A DNA stretch of 64,000 bases, taken from Acidobacteriota bacterium. Lineage in GTDB: Bacteria > Acidobacteriota > UBA6911 > RPQK01 > JAJDTT01. The notes under the pieces are model-generated. The model was given only the letters and a program-made list of their open reading frames with translations. It searched no databases and had not been told where the DNA came from. The stretch lies in contig OZ242374.1 in assembly GCA_965209055.1 (NCBI GenBank), forward strand, positions 2,560,001 to 2,624,000, written 5' to 3'. Below are positions 1 to 8,843 of this stretch, piece by piece (position 1 is the first letter of the stretch; each line of letters opens with the position of its first letter). The position numbers were made by a program, and so were the translations under genes.

Positions 1-112
1 ACCCGACCTGGCGGCCGGCATGCTGGCCGTCTTCCGGGAGCTGACGCCGGTGATGAACCTCTGCCTGGAGGACGCCGTCACGTTGCGGCCGGCGCCCGGC
101 GCGGTTACTTGA
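1..112 (+). CDS. 3' end of a gene entering the window (unknown product)
   Basis: Frame 2 reads PDLAAGMLAVFRELTPVMNLCLEDAVTLRPAPGAVT* with GC3-rich codons; TGA at 110-112, convergent with the DUF3179 gene. Confidence 0.45.
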   Translation, partial: PDLAAGMLAVFRELTPVMNLCLEDAVTLRPAPGAVT

Positions 113-1523
113 CCAGCCGGGTGTTGGGAAACTGGGCGCGCCAGCCGAACCAGAAGGCGCGGTGCGCGGCCAGGCGGATGAGTTTCTCGCCGTCCGGTCC
201 CCGCAGGGCGGTCTCCGTCGCCTCCCACTGCCGTCCCGATTTGTCCCTGACCCTGGAATCCCGGTCCCACTTGGTGAACGTGACACCCGTGGCGTCGTAA
301 ACCCGGTTGGCCCCCGACTTGTCGGTGAGGATGACCAGCTCCTGCCCGGCCACCCGATCCTGGTGCACCCGGCGCTTGCGCAGAAACCGGGTGTCCCAGG
401 CGACCGCCTCGCCGTCCATGAGCATGGCCAGGACCTGCTGCTTGTTCTTCAGGCGCTTGTCCTGAAAGGGGGTGGGGAACATGAGCCGGTCGGTGGCGAA
501 ATACTCCCGGTAGGCGACCCCCTCTCCGTAGTCCCGCTGATGGCCCGTGTCCAGCGACAGGACCTTGGTCTCCGGGTGCCGCCGCCGCCATTCCTTCCAG
601 CGGGTGGTGACGATGGGCAGGCGTTTCAACTGCAGTTCCGAGCCCACCAGGGAGCCCATGACGGGAACCCCCTCCAGGGCCGACCAGAGGGTGTTGGTCT
701 GGCGATCGTACATCAGCTTGTTGGAGCGGTAGAGGAAACCGCTGGTCCCGAAGCTGAATTGTTGGTCTCCCACCTTCTGGTCGTAGAGAACGGCGGCGCC
801 GCAAAGGGTGCAGTAGGCGCAGGTGACGTCGATTCCGCCGACGCGGTCGTTGAAGAGTTCGTGCCAGGCCAGAATCCGCTTGGGATAGGCCTTGGCCTCG
901 CCGTTCAGGTAGACGCCGAAGACGATGTGATTGTTTTTCAGGTAGTCCGCCTCCGCGGCGGGAATCATCTTGGGATATTCCAGTGGTGGAATGCCGTCCT
1001 TCTTCACGCCGCCCCAGACCACCTCGTCGAGACGAATCGTGCGCGGGGTTCCGGGGACGAAGTAGCGGGCGAAGCGTTTGTCCCTGAAGGAGTAGATAGT
1101 GGCCTTGAAAGTTGCGTATTCGGGATGTTCCTGCTCCTCCCGGCTCCAGATCCAGCGCCACCAGCGGTCGGTGTCCGCCGGCAGATTCTGACCCGTCCCT
1201 TTGCGCAGGAGCTTCAGGACGTTGTTGCCGCGGGCGTCACCGGGGGGTATCAGCATGAGAATCTCCACCAGCATGGGGGCGAATCCCGGATGCCAGTTGG
1301 CTTCCAGCTTGCGGGCGGCGGCCCGGTGCACCTTGCGGTCGGGGCTGGCCAGATCGCCGATGGCGGCGGTGGGGGAGGGGTCCTTGGTCTCGGCGGCTTG
1401 GGCCAAGCCGTCAGCAGGGACGCAGGCCAACAGGATCAGGATCGCCAGTGCCGGGATCCTCGTCCCGGTTCCAATTCGCCTTCCATTTCCGTCCCGCATT
1501 GATCCCTTTCGAAAAGTGGTCAT
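105..1523 (-). CDS. DUF3179 family exported protein
   Basis: Signal peptide; GGVKKDGIPPL, AYPKRILAWHE, YCTLC, FGTSGFLYRSNKLMYDRQT and AFWFGW motifs typical of DUF3179. Confidence 0.85.
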   Translation of the reverse strand: MTTFRKGSMRDGNGRRIGTGTRIPALAILILLACVPADGLAQAAETKDPSPTAAIGDLASPDRKVHRAAARKLEANWHPGFAPMLVEILMLIPPGDARGNNVLKLLRKGTGQNLPADTDRWWRWIWSREEQEHPEYATFKATIYSFRDKRFARYFVPGTPRTIRLDEVVWGGVKKDGIPPLEYPKMIPAAEADYLKNNHIVFGVYLNGEAKAYPKRILAWHELFNDRVGGIDVTCAYCTLCGAAVLYDQKVGDQQFSFGTSGFLYRSNKLMYDRQTNTLWSALEGVPVMGSLVGSELQLKRLPIVTTRWKEWRRRHPETKVLSLDTGHQRDYGEGVAYREYFATDRLMFPTPFQDKRLKNKQQVLAMLMDGEAVAWDTRFLRKRRVHQDRVAGQELVILTDKSGANRVYDATGVTFTKWDRDSRVRDKSGRQWEATETALRGPDGEKLIRLAAHRAFWFGWRAQFPNTRLVK

Positions 1524-1530
1524 ACCCGGT

Positions 1531-2052
1531 TCAATACGAAACTTCCGTCCCCTCCCGCAGGACCCAGTAGAGTCGTCGCGCGGCCGGTTCCTCCATTTCC
1601 AGTTGCAGGACCGAGACCTCGCGCACCAGGGATTGAAACTGCGCCAGGATCAGGCGCAGCCGCCGTTGGGAGCGCTTCTGCCAGGTCAGACCGGTCAGAT
1701 CCGGAGGTGCAACGAACAGGACCGATCCGTTCTCCAACTCCACGGCATAGGTGCCGGGCATGGTGTCGACGCCGCGGCGGGAGATCAGCGGAGCAGGTCT
1801 TCCCTGGGAAACCCGAATTTCCTCCACGGGACGGGGAGGGTCCAGCTTGGAAACCCGGGAGGAACGAACGGGGCCGGAGCCGCGGTTGGACCGCCGTATG
1901 GGAATCTCTTTGAGCACGAGTCCCCGTTGCACGATCCGCGCTGTGTCGACTGAGATTTCCACTCGCGGGCCGCTCTGTGCGGAGTAGAACCATGCGGCTG
2001 AAGACAGCCCCAGGAACAGGACCGTGGAGAGGAGCCGGTGCCGCCTCCCCAT
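1531..2052 (-). CDS. Hypothetical exported protein, possibly a degenerate YkuD-like partner of the L,D-transpeptidase
   Basis: ATG at 2052 overlaps the upstream stop (TGATG); N-terminal hydrophobic segment MGRRHRLLSTVLFLGLSSAAWF; ends LYWVLREGTEV, resembling a YkuD C-terminus without the catalytic His/Cys. Confidence 0.6.
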   Translation of the reverse strand: MGRRHRLLSTVLFLGLSSAAWFYSAQSGPRVEISVDTARIVQRGLVLKEIPIRRSNRGSGPVRSSRVSKLDPPRPVEEIRVSQGRPAPLISRRGVDTMPGTYAVELENGSVLFVAPPDLTGLTWQKRSQRRLRLILAQFQSLVREVSVLQLEMEEPAARRLYWVLREGTEVSY

Positions 2053-2627
2053 CAGAAGATGAAAACCGGAGTCCCCAACGGAGCCAGGTCCACGAGCTTG
2101 TTCAGGTCGGGTTCGGACAACCGGATGCATCCGTGGGTCACGTTCTGTCCCAGAAGCCGCGTGTAAAGAGTCCCGTGGATGTAGTAGCCGTCTCCGATTC
2201 CCATGGCGAAACTTCCCAATACGCCGTATTCCATCCGGTCGCCGTCCCGCTCGGGAAGGGGTTCGCCCTCTTCCACGTATGCCCAGTCCGGTTTGCGCCA
2301 GACCGGGAATTCGGTCACGTACGTGATCTGGAATTCACCCCGGGGAGTCTCGAAGGTCCACTCCCGGTCGCCGGAGATCAGACGGTGTCCGCTTCCCGTC
2401 GCGCACAGGGCATCCAGGAGGACCCGCCGCCCGTGACGGACGTAGAGGCGGTTCTCCGCCGTGTCGATGAGAATAATGCGCCCCCGCGGCGGACGGACCT
2501 CGGGTTTGGCAGAATCCCGCGCCGCCGGGGCGGGGCTGGCGCCGTACGCTTCAAACCGGCTCTCGGGGCTGGAAAAGGCGGAAGCCCCCAGTATGACGGC
2601 GCCAAGCAGGAGAAGGGCTCGGGTCAG
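2052..2627 (-). CDS. L,D-transpeptidase (YkuD/ErfK family), probable CTG start
   Basis: IHGT...THGCIRL catalytic motif; frame open 103 codons upstream of the track ORF (IILIDTAENRLY, CATGSG, FETPRGEF, signal-like N-terminus) to CTG at 2627 overlapping the upstream TGA. Confidence 0.85.
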   Translation of the reverse strand: MTRALLLLGAVILGASAFSSPESRFEAYGASPAPAARDSAKPEVRPPRGRIILIDTAENRLYVRHGRRVLLDALCATGSGHRLISGDREWTFETPRGEFQITYVTEFPVWRKPDWAYVEEGEPLPERDGDRMEYGVLGSFAMGIGDGYYIHGTLYTRLLGQNVTHGCIRLSEPDLNKLVDLAPLGTPVFIF

Positions 2628-3223
2628 CGTCGCCTTCTTTGCTGAATGGCCTGCTCAATCTCGGAGCTGACGCCGTCCGCCTTCCGCTTGACTGCGCCGA
2701 ATTGATTCAAGGCGTCCATGTACTTGCCCGCATCGTAGGCCTGCTGTGCGCCAGCCAGTGTGGCCTCGGCCGAGGCCACGTCGGCCTCCAGGGCGGCCAC
2801 GCTCTCGCGAGCTGCCTTGCCCCGCCGCGGCGCCTTGCGCAACATGCCCTGGGCGTTCTCGATGACGGCCTGAGCCGCTTCGTTGGCCGCCTCCGACTGA
2901 CCCTTGACCTTGATCTTGTTCTCACCGGCCGCCGCGGTCGCGGCTTCAGCCTCGGAAGTGGCCCGGCCCAAGAGCTCCCTGGCCTGATCGTAGCTTCGGG
3001 TCAGGGCGAAGCTGTCATCCTGCACGGCGATCTCGGCTTCGGCCTCGTTCACCGTCGCCGACGCCTTGCCGATCTCATCCGGCGCATAGGTTTCGGCCTC
3101 CGCGGCCCGGGCCGCGTCCACAGCTTGGCGCGCCGCGTCGAGTTCCGACGCCGGCGGGCTGTCGCAACCCGTGAGAAGCACCAGCAATGCGGCGCAAGAC
3201 GAGAACAGGAGAGCTCTTCTCAT
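2624..3223 (-). CDS. DUF4398-like alanine-rich helical lipoprotein
   Basis: RBS GGAGG before ATG 3223; lipobox LLTGC; PPASELDAARQAVDAARAAEAETYAP pattern. Confidence 0.75.
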   Translation of the reverse strand: MRRALLFSSCAALLVLLTGCDSPPASELDAARQAVDAARAAEAETYAPDEIGKASATVNEAEAEIAVQDDSFALTRSYDQARELLGRATSEAEAATAAAGENKIKVKGQSEAANEAAQAVIENAQGMLRKAPRRGKAARESVAALEADVASAEATLAGAQQAYDAGKYMDALNQFGAVKRKADGVSSEIEQAIQQRRRR

Positions 3224-3381
3224 GTGACCTCCTTCAGACCTTCCCGAGTCTGTTCGTGAGAATGGAACATACGCATTGGCCAATAATTGGTCCATGTTAG
3301 CATGTTTGCCTCCGGTCCAGGAACCGGGGAGTTCTTCGTGATTTCCGGAGCTTGGCCGGAATCGGCCGGAGCAGTCGTTCC

Positions 3382-4584
3382 ATGACCCAGCGACTCTATC
3401 ACCAGGATTCTTATCTCAAGGATTTCCGCGCGCGAGTCACCGGTGTGGACCGTTGGAAGGGGAATCCGGCCGTAGTGCTGGACCGGAGCTGCTTCTATCC
3501 CGCCTCAGGAGGGCAGCCGTCGGACCGGGGCCTCTTGGAGGGGTTGCCGGTAGTGGGTATGGCGGACTCAGGCGGCCGGCTGCTGCACCTGATGGAGCAG
3601 GAGGGCCTGGCGGAAGGTCAGGTGGTGGATGGCAGGCTCGACTGGGAGCGGCGCTTCGACCACATGCAGCAGCATACCGGCCAGCACATACTGTCGCAGG
3701 CCTTTATCCGGGTCTTGGATTGGGACACCGTCTCTTTCCACCTCGGCCGGGAGCTGTGCACCATCGATCTGACGGGAGATGCGCTGACCCCGGAGCTGAT
3801 CTACGAGGTGGAAGACGCGGCCAACCGGATCATCGTCGAGTGCCGGCCCATCCGGGTCCACCTGGTCGACGCCGGCCGCCAGAGCGAGTTTCCCCTGCGA
3901 AAGCCGTCCGGCCGGAAGGGTACGCTGCGGATCGTAGAGGTCTCGGACTTCGATTTTTCCGCCTGCGGGGGAACCCATTGCCGCTCGGCGGGGGAAGTGG
4001 GCCTCATCAAGATCCGGCGCTGGGAGCGGGCCAGGAAGCGGGTCCGGGTCGAGTTCTACTGCGGATGGAGAGCGCTCCGGGACTACCGCTGGAAGAACCG
4101 GGCCGTCTATCGGCTCTCCCGCCTCTATTCCCGTCCCGACCGGGAAGTGGTGGAGGCCGCCATGGAGCGCTTGGAGCGGGAAGAAGGGCTGCGCAAAAAG
4201 CTGGCGGAGGTGCAGGACCGTTACCTGGATTCGGAGGCGGCCCGGCTGCTGGGCGGTGCAGCGGAGGTAGAGGGCATTCGAGTGGTCCGGCGCGTGCTGG
4301 CCGGGATGGACATGAAGGCCGCGCGGGAACTGGGCCGTAAACTGGTCCAGGACGGCGAAAAGCGTTTGGCGCTGTTGGGACTGGAAGGCGAATCTCCGGC
4401 TCTGGTCTTTGCCCGTTCGGAGGACCTGCCCTGGCACATGGGCAACTGGATCCGGAAGTCCGCCCCTCTCATCGCCGGCCGGGGAGGGGGCAGTCCCCGC
4501 CATGCGCAGGCCCGCGGTTCGCGGCCTGAAGGTTTGGCGGAGGCTCTCGACGCCGCCATGAGCCGGGTGCGGAGTGCCTGCTGA
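3382..4584 (+). CDS. alaX: Alanyl-tRNA editing protein (AlaX-L, with DHHA1 domain)
   Basis: FYPASGGQPSD, RFDHMQQHTGQH, ACGGTH zinc motifs; C-terminal GRGGG. Confidence 0.9.
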   Translation: MTQRLYHQDSYLKDFRARVTGVDRWKGNPAVVLDRSCFYPASGGQPSDRGLLEGLPVVGMADSGGRLLHLMEQEGLAEGQVVDGRLDWERRFDHMQQHTGQHILSQAFIRVLDWDTVSFHLGRELCTIDLTGDALTPELIYEVEDAANRIIVECRPIRVHLVDAGRQSEFPLRKPSGRKGTLRIVEVSDFDFSACGGTHCRSAGEVGLIKIRRWERARKRVRVEFYCGWRALRDYRWKNRAVYRLSRLYSRPDREVVEAAMERLEREEGLRKKLAEVQDRYLDSEAARLLGGAAEVEGIRVVRRVLAGMDMKAARELGRKLVQDGEKRLALLGLEGESPALVFARSEDLPWHMGNWIRKSAPLIAGRGGGSPRHAQARGSRPEGLAEALDAAMSRVRSAC

Positions 4585-6098
4585 TGCGGCAGCTTCGGAT
4601 GATCTCAAGTCTGATTCTTCCCGGGCTCCTGTGGGCCTGCACCGAGTCCGGCCCCACGGCCCCGCCGGTTCTGGAAATCGGCCACAGGACCCAGGTGCTG
4701 GTGGACGACTATATTCTGGAGCGGACCGAGGCGCTCAACCGGCGCCTGAACCCCTTGGAGAAGCACGCCGGCAACCCGCTGTTGCGCCCCCGGCAACGAT
4801 GGGAAGGACGGTTCACGCTGCCGACCACTGTCCTTTTCGACGATTCGGATCAACGCTTCAAGATGTGGTACCTCTGCCGGGACGGGCTGTCGAGCCCCCG
4901 CCGCGGGCCGGATCGCTGGGCCTACTCCGTTTCCAGCGACGGCATCACCTGGGAAAAACCCAACCTCGGACTCACTTCCTTTGCCGGCTCCCGCCGTAAC
5001 AATCTGATCCCCTATCCGGTCAGCCGGGTGCTGCTGGACCCCAGCGACACCGATTCCGGACGCCGCTTCAAGGCTTTGGGACACGGCAGAGTCGAAGGGA
5101 AAGGACGAGCCGGCCTGCTGGTGGGATTCTCTCCCGACGGCCTTCGGTGGAGTCTTCAGCCGTCGAGTCCGCTTCTCTCCCGGACCCGGGGCCAGGGGAC
5201 TCACGATGGAATTGGGGACACTCATACTCTGTTGGGCTGGGACGAACGATGGGAAAGGTACGTGGCCTTCATGCGGCCCAGCGACCGATTCTCCGACATC
5301 GGGCTCTCGCATAGCATCGACTTCATCGACTGGCGGATCCCTACGCCGGTGCTTACGCCGGATCCGAGCGATCCACCCGGGACTCAGTTCTACGAGATGG
5401 CTGTTTTCCGGGACCGGGGAGTCTACTGGGGGCTTCTTTCCGTCTATCATCCCGATTCCCTGATGATCGACGTCCAGTTGGCCTTCAGCCGCGACGGGGT
5501 CGGCTGGCGACGCGCGGGGAGGCGGCATCCCATTCTCACGTACGGGCTTCCGGACCGGTTCGACTCCCATCAACTGAGGGCGCTCAATCCGCTGGTGGTG
5601 GGTGACGAGATCCGGGTCTACTACGCGGCCGAGAACCGGCCGCATGCCCTCACATCGCAGGATGGGACCCTGCTGACCCATGCGGAGGAGGCCGTCCCGG
5701 AGACCGCGGCCGAACAGAGCTGGCTCCGGAACGGGACCGGATTCGGGGCCCTGGCCCGATGCCGCCGGGACGGATTCGTCTCGCTGGACAGCGGTTCCTC
5801 GCTCGGGTCCCTGCTGACCCGTCCGTTCACCTTCCGCGGAGGTCGCGTTCTGATCAACGCGGACGCCACTCGAGGAGAATTCTGGGTGGAGATCCTGGAT
5901 CCTGAGGGGCGGCCGCTGGAGGGTTTCGGCGAGGCGGACGCGGTCCGGATTCGTGGAAATTCCACTCGTCACACGGCCGAGTGGAAAGGGGGCCGGGATC
6001 TCTCCTCCCTGAAGGGCCGGGCCGTCCGGCTCCGGATCTACGCCACCAATTCCAAGCTCTATTCCTTCACCTGCGCCGAAGCCGGGAGTTCGAAATGA
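4584..6098 (+). CDS. Lipoprotein, five-bladed beta-propeller glycoside hydrolase-like (GH32/GH43-like fold)
   Basis: Lipobox LLWAC; SSDGITWEKP, FSPDGLRW, FSRDGVGW repeats; RRDGFVSL and LTRPFTF C-terminal domain. Confidence 0.65.
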   Translation: MRQLRMISSLILPGLLWACTESGPTAPPVLEIGHRTQVLVDDYILERTEALNRRLNPLEKHAGNPLLRPRQRWEGRFTLPTTVLFDDSDQRFKMWYLCRDGLSSPRRGPDRWAYSVSSDGITWEKPNLGLTSFAGSRRNNLIPYPVSRVLLDPSDTDSGRRFKALGHGRVEGKGRAGLLVGFSPDGLRWSLQPSSPLLSRTRGQGTHDGIGDTHTLLGWDERWERYVAFMRPSDRFSDIGLSHSIDFIDWRIPTPVLTPDPSDPPGTQFYEMAVFRDRGVYWGLLSVYHPDSLMIDVQLAFSRDGVGWRRAGRRHPILTYGLPDRFDSHQLRALNPLVVGDEIRVYYAAENRPHALTSQDGTLLTHAEEAVPETAAEQSWLRNGTGFGALARCRRDGFVSLDSGSSLGSLLTRPFTFRGGRVLINADATRGEFWVEILDPEGRPLEGFGEADAVRIRGNSTRHTAEWKGGRDLSSLKGRAVRLRIYATNSKLYSFTCAEAGSSK

Positions 6099-7846
6099 GA
6101 CGTTTCCTTCTGCTTTACGTCCTGGGCGCGCTCCTTCTCGCCTCCTGCGGCGAGGCTCCAACCGCCACCACCGGAAGCGCCACGCCCCTGGGCCTGGGCG
6201 CCCTGAGCCTCAACGGCGAGATCCACCCCAAGGGGATCTACACCACCTGGCATTTCGAGTACGGACCCACTCCGTCGTTCGGGTTCAGGACCCGGGAACG
6301 ACCGCTGCCGCCCCGTCTGGCGGCCCATTACCGGGAGACCTGGGATGAGGGTGCCGGAGCCTGGGATAGCTGGGCTCAGGAGCATATTCATCATCCGGAG
6401 GGAGGGGCCTCCGGGGGGTATATCGAATGGCGGCAGCCGGCGACCAACAACGATTTCAATCACATGGCCGCCGACGTTCTGCACCTGGTCAAATATCTCC
6501 GGACCGGCCTGCTGCCCCAGTGGCGGCAGGAGGGAAACACGGTTCTGGGGGGGGCGGACCCCGATCTGCGGGACGCCCGAGTCTCCATCTGGGTCCGGGG
6601 AGACGGTTGGGACCCCCGGGGATCGGAGTTGATCTGGTGGCTTCAGAGCCAGAGCAATTCCTGGTGGGGAAACCAGGTCGGATGGCGCCGCGCCAACTGG
6701 GCCTACAGCGGCGTCAGCCTCACCGGTCAGCTCCTGGACGGGAACTGGCACCAGGTCGCCTACCGTCTCGAGAACGACACCGGGAAGTGGACCTACGGCG
6801 GAAAGAACATCGGTCAGGGCCGGGCCTCGGAGCGCTACGAATACTGGTCCATCGACCAGGCCCTGGGGCACAACAACAACAACTTCTTTCACCTGCTGGC
6901 GTTCGTGGATCCCCAGGATCCTCCCCTGGGCGCCCTCCATTTCGACGAGTTCGAGCTGACCTACCGCAACGAGTCCCTTCTTCTGGACAGCAACGGGGGA
7001 CGCTTGATTCGTTGGCCGCAAGGCGGCCACGGCGATCCCGCGAACCTGACGGACGGGTGGCGGCACGGGGAAGGGAAGACCTGGCGCAGCGCGGAGGGTC
7101 CGTCCGCACCGCTGGACTTCGTCTACGGTTTCCAGGATCCGGTGACCATCGAGACCATTCAGGCGCACCAGAATCCCGAGTGGCCGAGCCGGGCACTGGA
7201 GATCTCGGTCTCCCCCGACGGAGAGGCGTTCACGCCCGTCTGCCGGATGACACTGCCCGACAAGGGGCATCCCAACGACAATTTCGCCCTCGACACCAAG
7301 ACCGGGCTGTCGGTCGAGGCCTCCTTTCTGAAGGTCCGCGTGCTGTCGGGATACGGACCGCAGCACTGGGGGCTGGGAGAGATCGAGGTCTTCGGCAGCG
7401 GAGCCAGGATGCTTCCCGACGACGACGTCTACAACGTGAACCAGGATGTCTGGGACCTGCGGCCGGGCGACACCATTTACTACCGGCTGGTGGCCACTGG
7501 AGAGGAAGGCGTGACGCGCGGCGAAACCAGAAGTTTCGTCCTCTCCCCAGACCGCCGTCCCCACCTGCGAGCGCTGGAGCCTCTTCGCCTGACCGGGACC
7601 ACCGCCCGGCTGCAGGGAAGGCTCTCCCCTATGGGCAGGGTCACCTACTATCACTTCGAATACGGCGCCGATTCCGGTTTGGGGATGAAAACCCCGTTGG
7701 CCTACGCCGGCGCCGAAATCACCCCCCGCTCCGTTTTCGCCGATCTGGACGGCCTGGAGCCGGCGACCCGCTACCACTATCGTCTGGTGGGCATCAACGG
7801 CGACGCCGTGGCCCGGAGCGAGACCCGGTCGTTTCTGACGCCATGA
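6095..7846 (+). CDS. Lipoprotein with FN3-like repeats and a discoidin/F5-8C-like domain
   Basis: ATGA overlap; lipobox LLASC; HFEYG and YYRLV/YHYRLV repeats; ANLTDG...W...LEISVSPDG...LGEIEVFG. Confidence 0.7.
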   Translation: MRRFLLLYVLGALLLASCGEAPTATTGSATPLGLGALSLNGEIHPKGIYTTWHFEYGPTPSFGFRTRERPLPPRLAAHYRETWDEGAGAWDSWAQEHIHHPEGGASGGYIEWRQPATNNDFNHMAADVLHLVKYLRTGLLPQWRQEGNTVLGGADPDLRDARVSIWVRGDGWDPRGSELIWWLQSQSNSWWGNQVGWRRANWAYSGVSLTGQLLDGNWHQVAYRLENDTGKWTYGGKNIGQGRASERYEYWSIDQALGHNNNNFFHLLAFVDPQDPPLGALHFDEFELTYRNESLLLDSNGGRLIRWPQGGHGDPANLTDGWRHGEGKTWRSAEGPSAPLDFVYGFQDPVTIETIQAHQNPEWPSRALEISVSPDGEAFTPVCRMTLPDKGHPNDNFALDTKTGLSVEASFLKVRVLSGYGPQHWGLGEIEVFGSGARMLPDDDVYNVNQDVWDLRPGDTIYYRLVATGEEGVTRGETRSFVLSPDRRPHLRALEPLRLTGTTARLQGRLSPMGRVTYYHFEYGADSGLGMKTPLAYAGAEITPRSVFADLDGLEPATRYHYRLVGINGDAVARSETRSFLTP

Positions 7847-7865
7847 CAGGGAAGAGCCAGGGAAC

Positions 7866-8843
7866 ATGACTTGTGAGGATCTGAGTTCCGACTTCCCGGC
7901 CCGGTTCCTGGAGGCCCGGCGACGCTTGGCGAAGGTGGCCCGGGTGACTCCGCTGGTGCAGTCCAAGCTCGATCCCGGGCTCCACTTCAAGGCCGAGAAC
8001 CTGCAGGTGACCGGTTCCTTCAAGATCCGGGCCGCCTACAACCAGATGGTCCAACTGGACCAGGAGCAGCGGGAACGGGGCATCGTCACCTCCAGCTCCG
8101 GGAACTTCGCCCAAGCGGTGGCCTACGCCGCCAGGATGCTGGGTCTCTCGGCCAAGATCGTGATGATGGAGAGTTCCAGCCCTCTCAAGGTGGCGGGTAC
8201 TCGCCGTTGGGGCGGGGAGGTGGTGTTCTGCGAGAGCCGTTTCGAGGCCCGGGACCGCACCGTCCGGCAGATCCGGGAGGAGGAGGACCGAAGCACGGTC
8301 CATCCTTACGACCACGCCGCCGCGGTGTCCGGAAACGGAACCGCCGGACTGGAGATACTGGAGCAACTGGACCGGGTGGAGAACGTCGTGGTTCCCATCA
8401 GCGGCGGAGGACTCATCAGCGGAATCGCCATGGCCGTCAAGGAACGGAAACCCGCGGTCAAGGTGTGGGGGATTCAACCCCGGGGCTCCAACGCCACGTA
8501 CCTCTCCTTTCGGAAGAAGGAACCGGTGGCCTTGGACCAGGCCGAAACCGTGGCGGACGGCCTCACCGTCACCCGGCCCGGAAGCCTGACCTTCCCCCTG
8601 ATTCTCCGCTACGTGGACGAAGTGGAGATAGTGGAGGAAGACTCGATCCTATACAGTGTGGGCCACCTCATGGGAGAGGAGAAACTGGTGGTGGAACCCT
8701 CCGGCGCCGTTCCCCTGGCGGCGGTTCTGGAAGGCAAGGTTCCCCCGAGAAATACGGTCCTGGTTTTGAGCGGGGGAAACATGGGGCAGGAGATCATGAA
8801 CCGGTCTCTCGGCCTTTTCTCGGATGGAAGGAGTCCAAAATGA
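7866..8843 (+). CDS. PLP-dependent serine/threonine ammonia-lyase (catabolic type, no ACT domain)
   Basis: FKAENLQVTGSFKIRAA, SSGNFAQ, SGGGLISG, VEPSGA, LSGGN. Confidence 0.9.
   Translation: MTCEDLSSDFPARFLEARRRLAKVARVTPLVQSKLDPGLHFKAENLQVTGSFKIRAAYNQMVQLDQEQRERGIVTSSSGNFAQAVAYAARMLGLSAKIVMMESSSPLKVAGTRRWGGEVVFCESRFEARDRTVRQIREEEDRSTVHPYDHAAAVSGNGTAGLEILEQLDRVENVVVPISGGGLISGIAMAVKERKPAVKVWGIQPRGSNATYLSFRKKEPVALDQAETVADGLTVTRPGSLTFPLILRYVDEVEIVEEDSILYSVGHLMGEEKLVVEPSGAVPLAAVLEGKVPPRNTVLVLSGGNMGQEIMNRSLGLFSDGRSPK

Noticed and set aside
105-1523. Selenoprotein recoding in DUF3179
   Set aside because: The YCTLC motif uses Cys codons; no in-frame UGA
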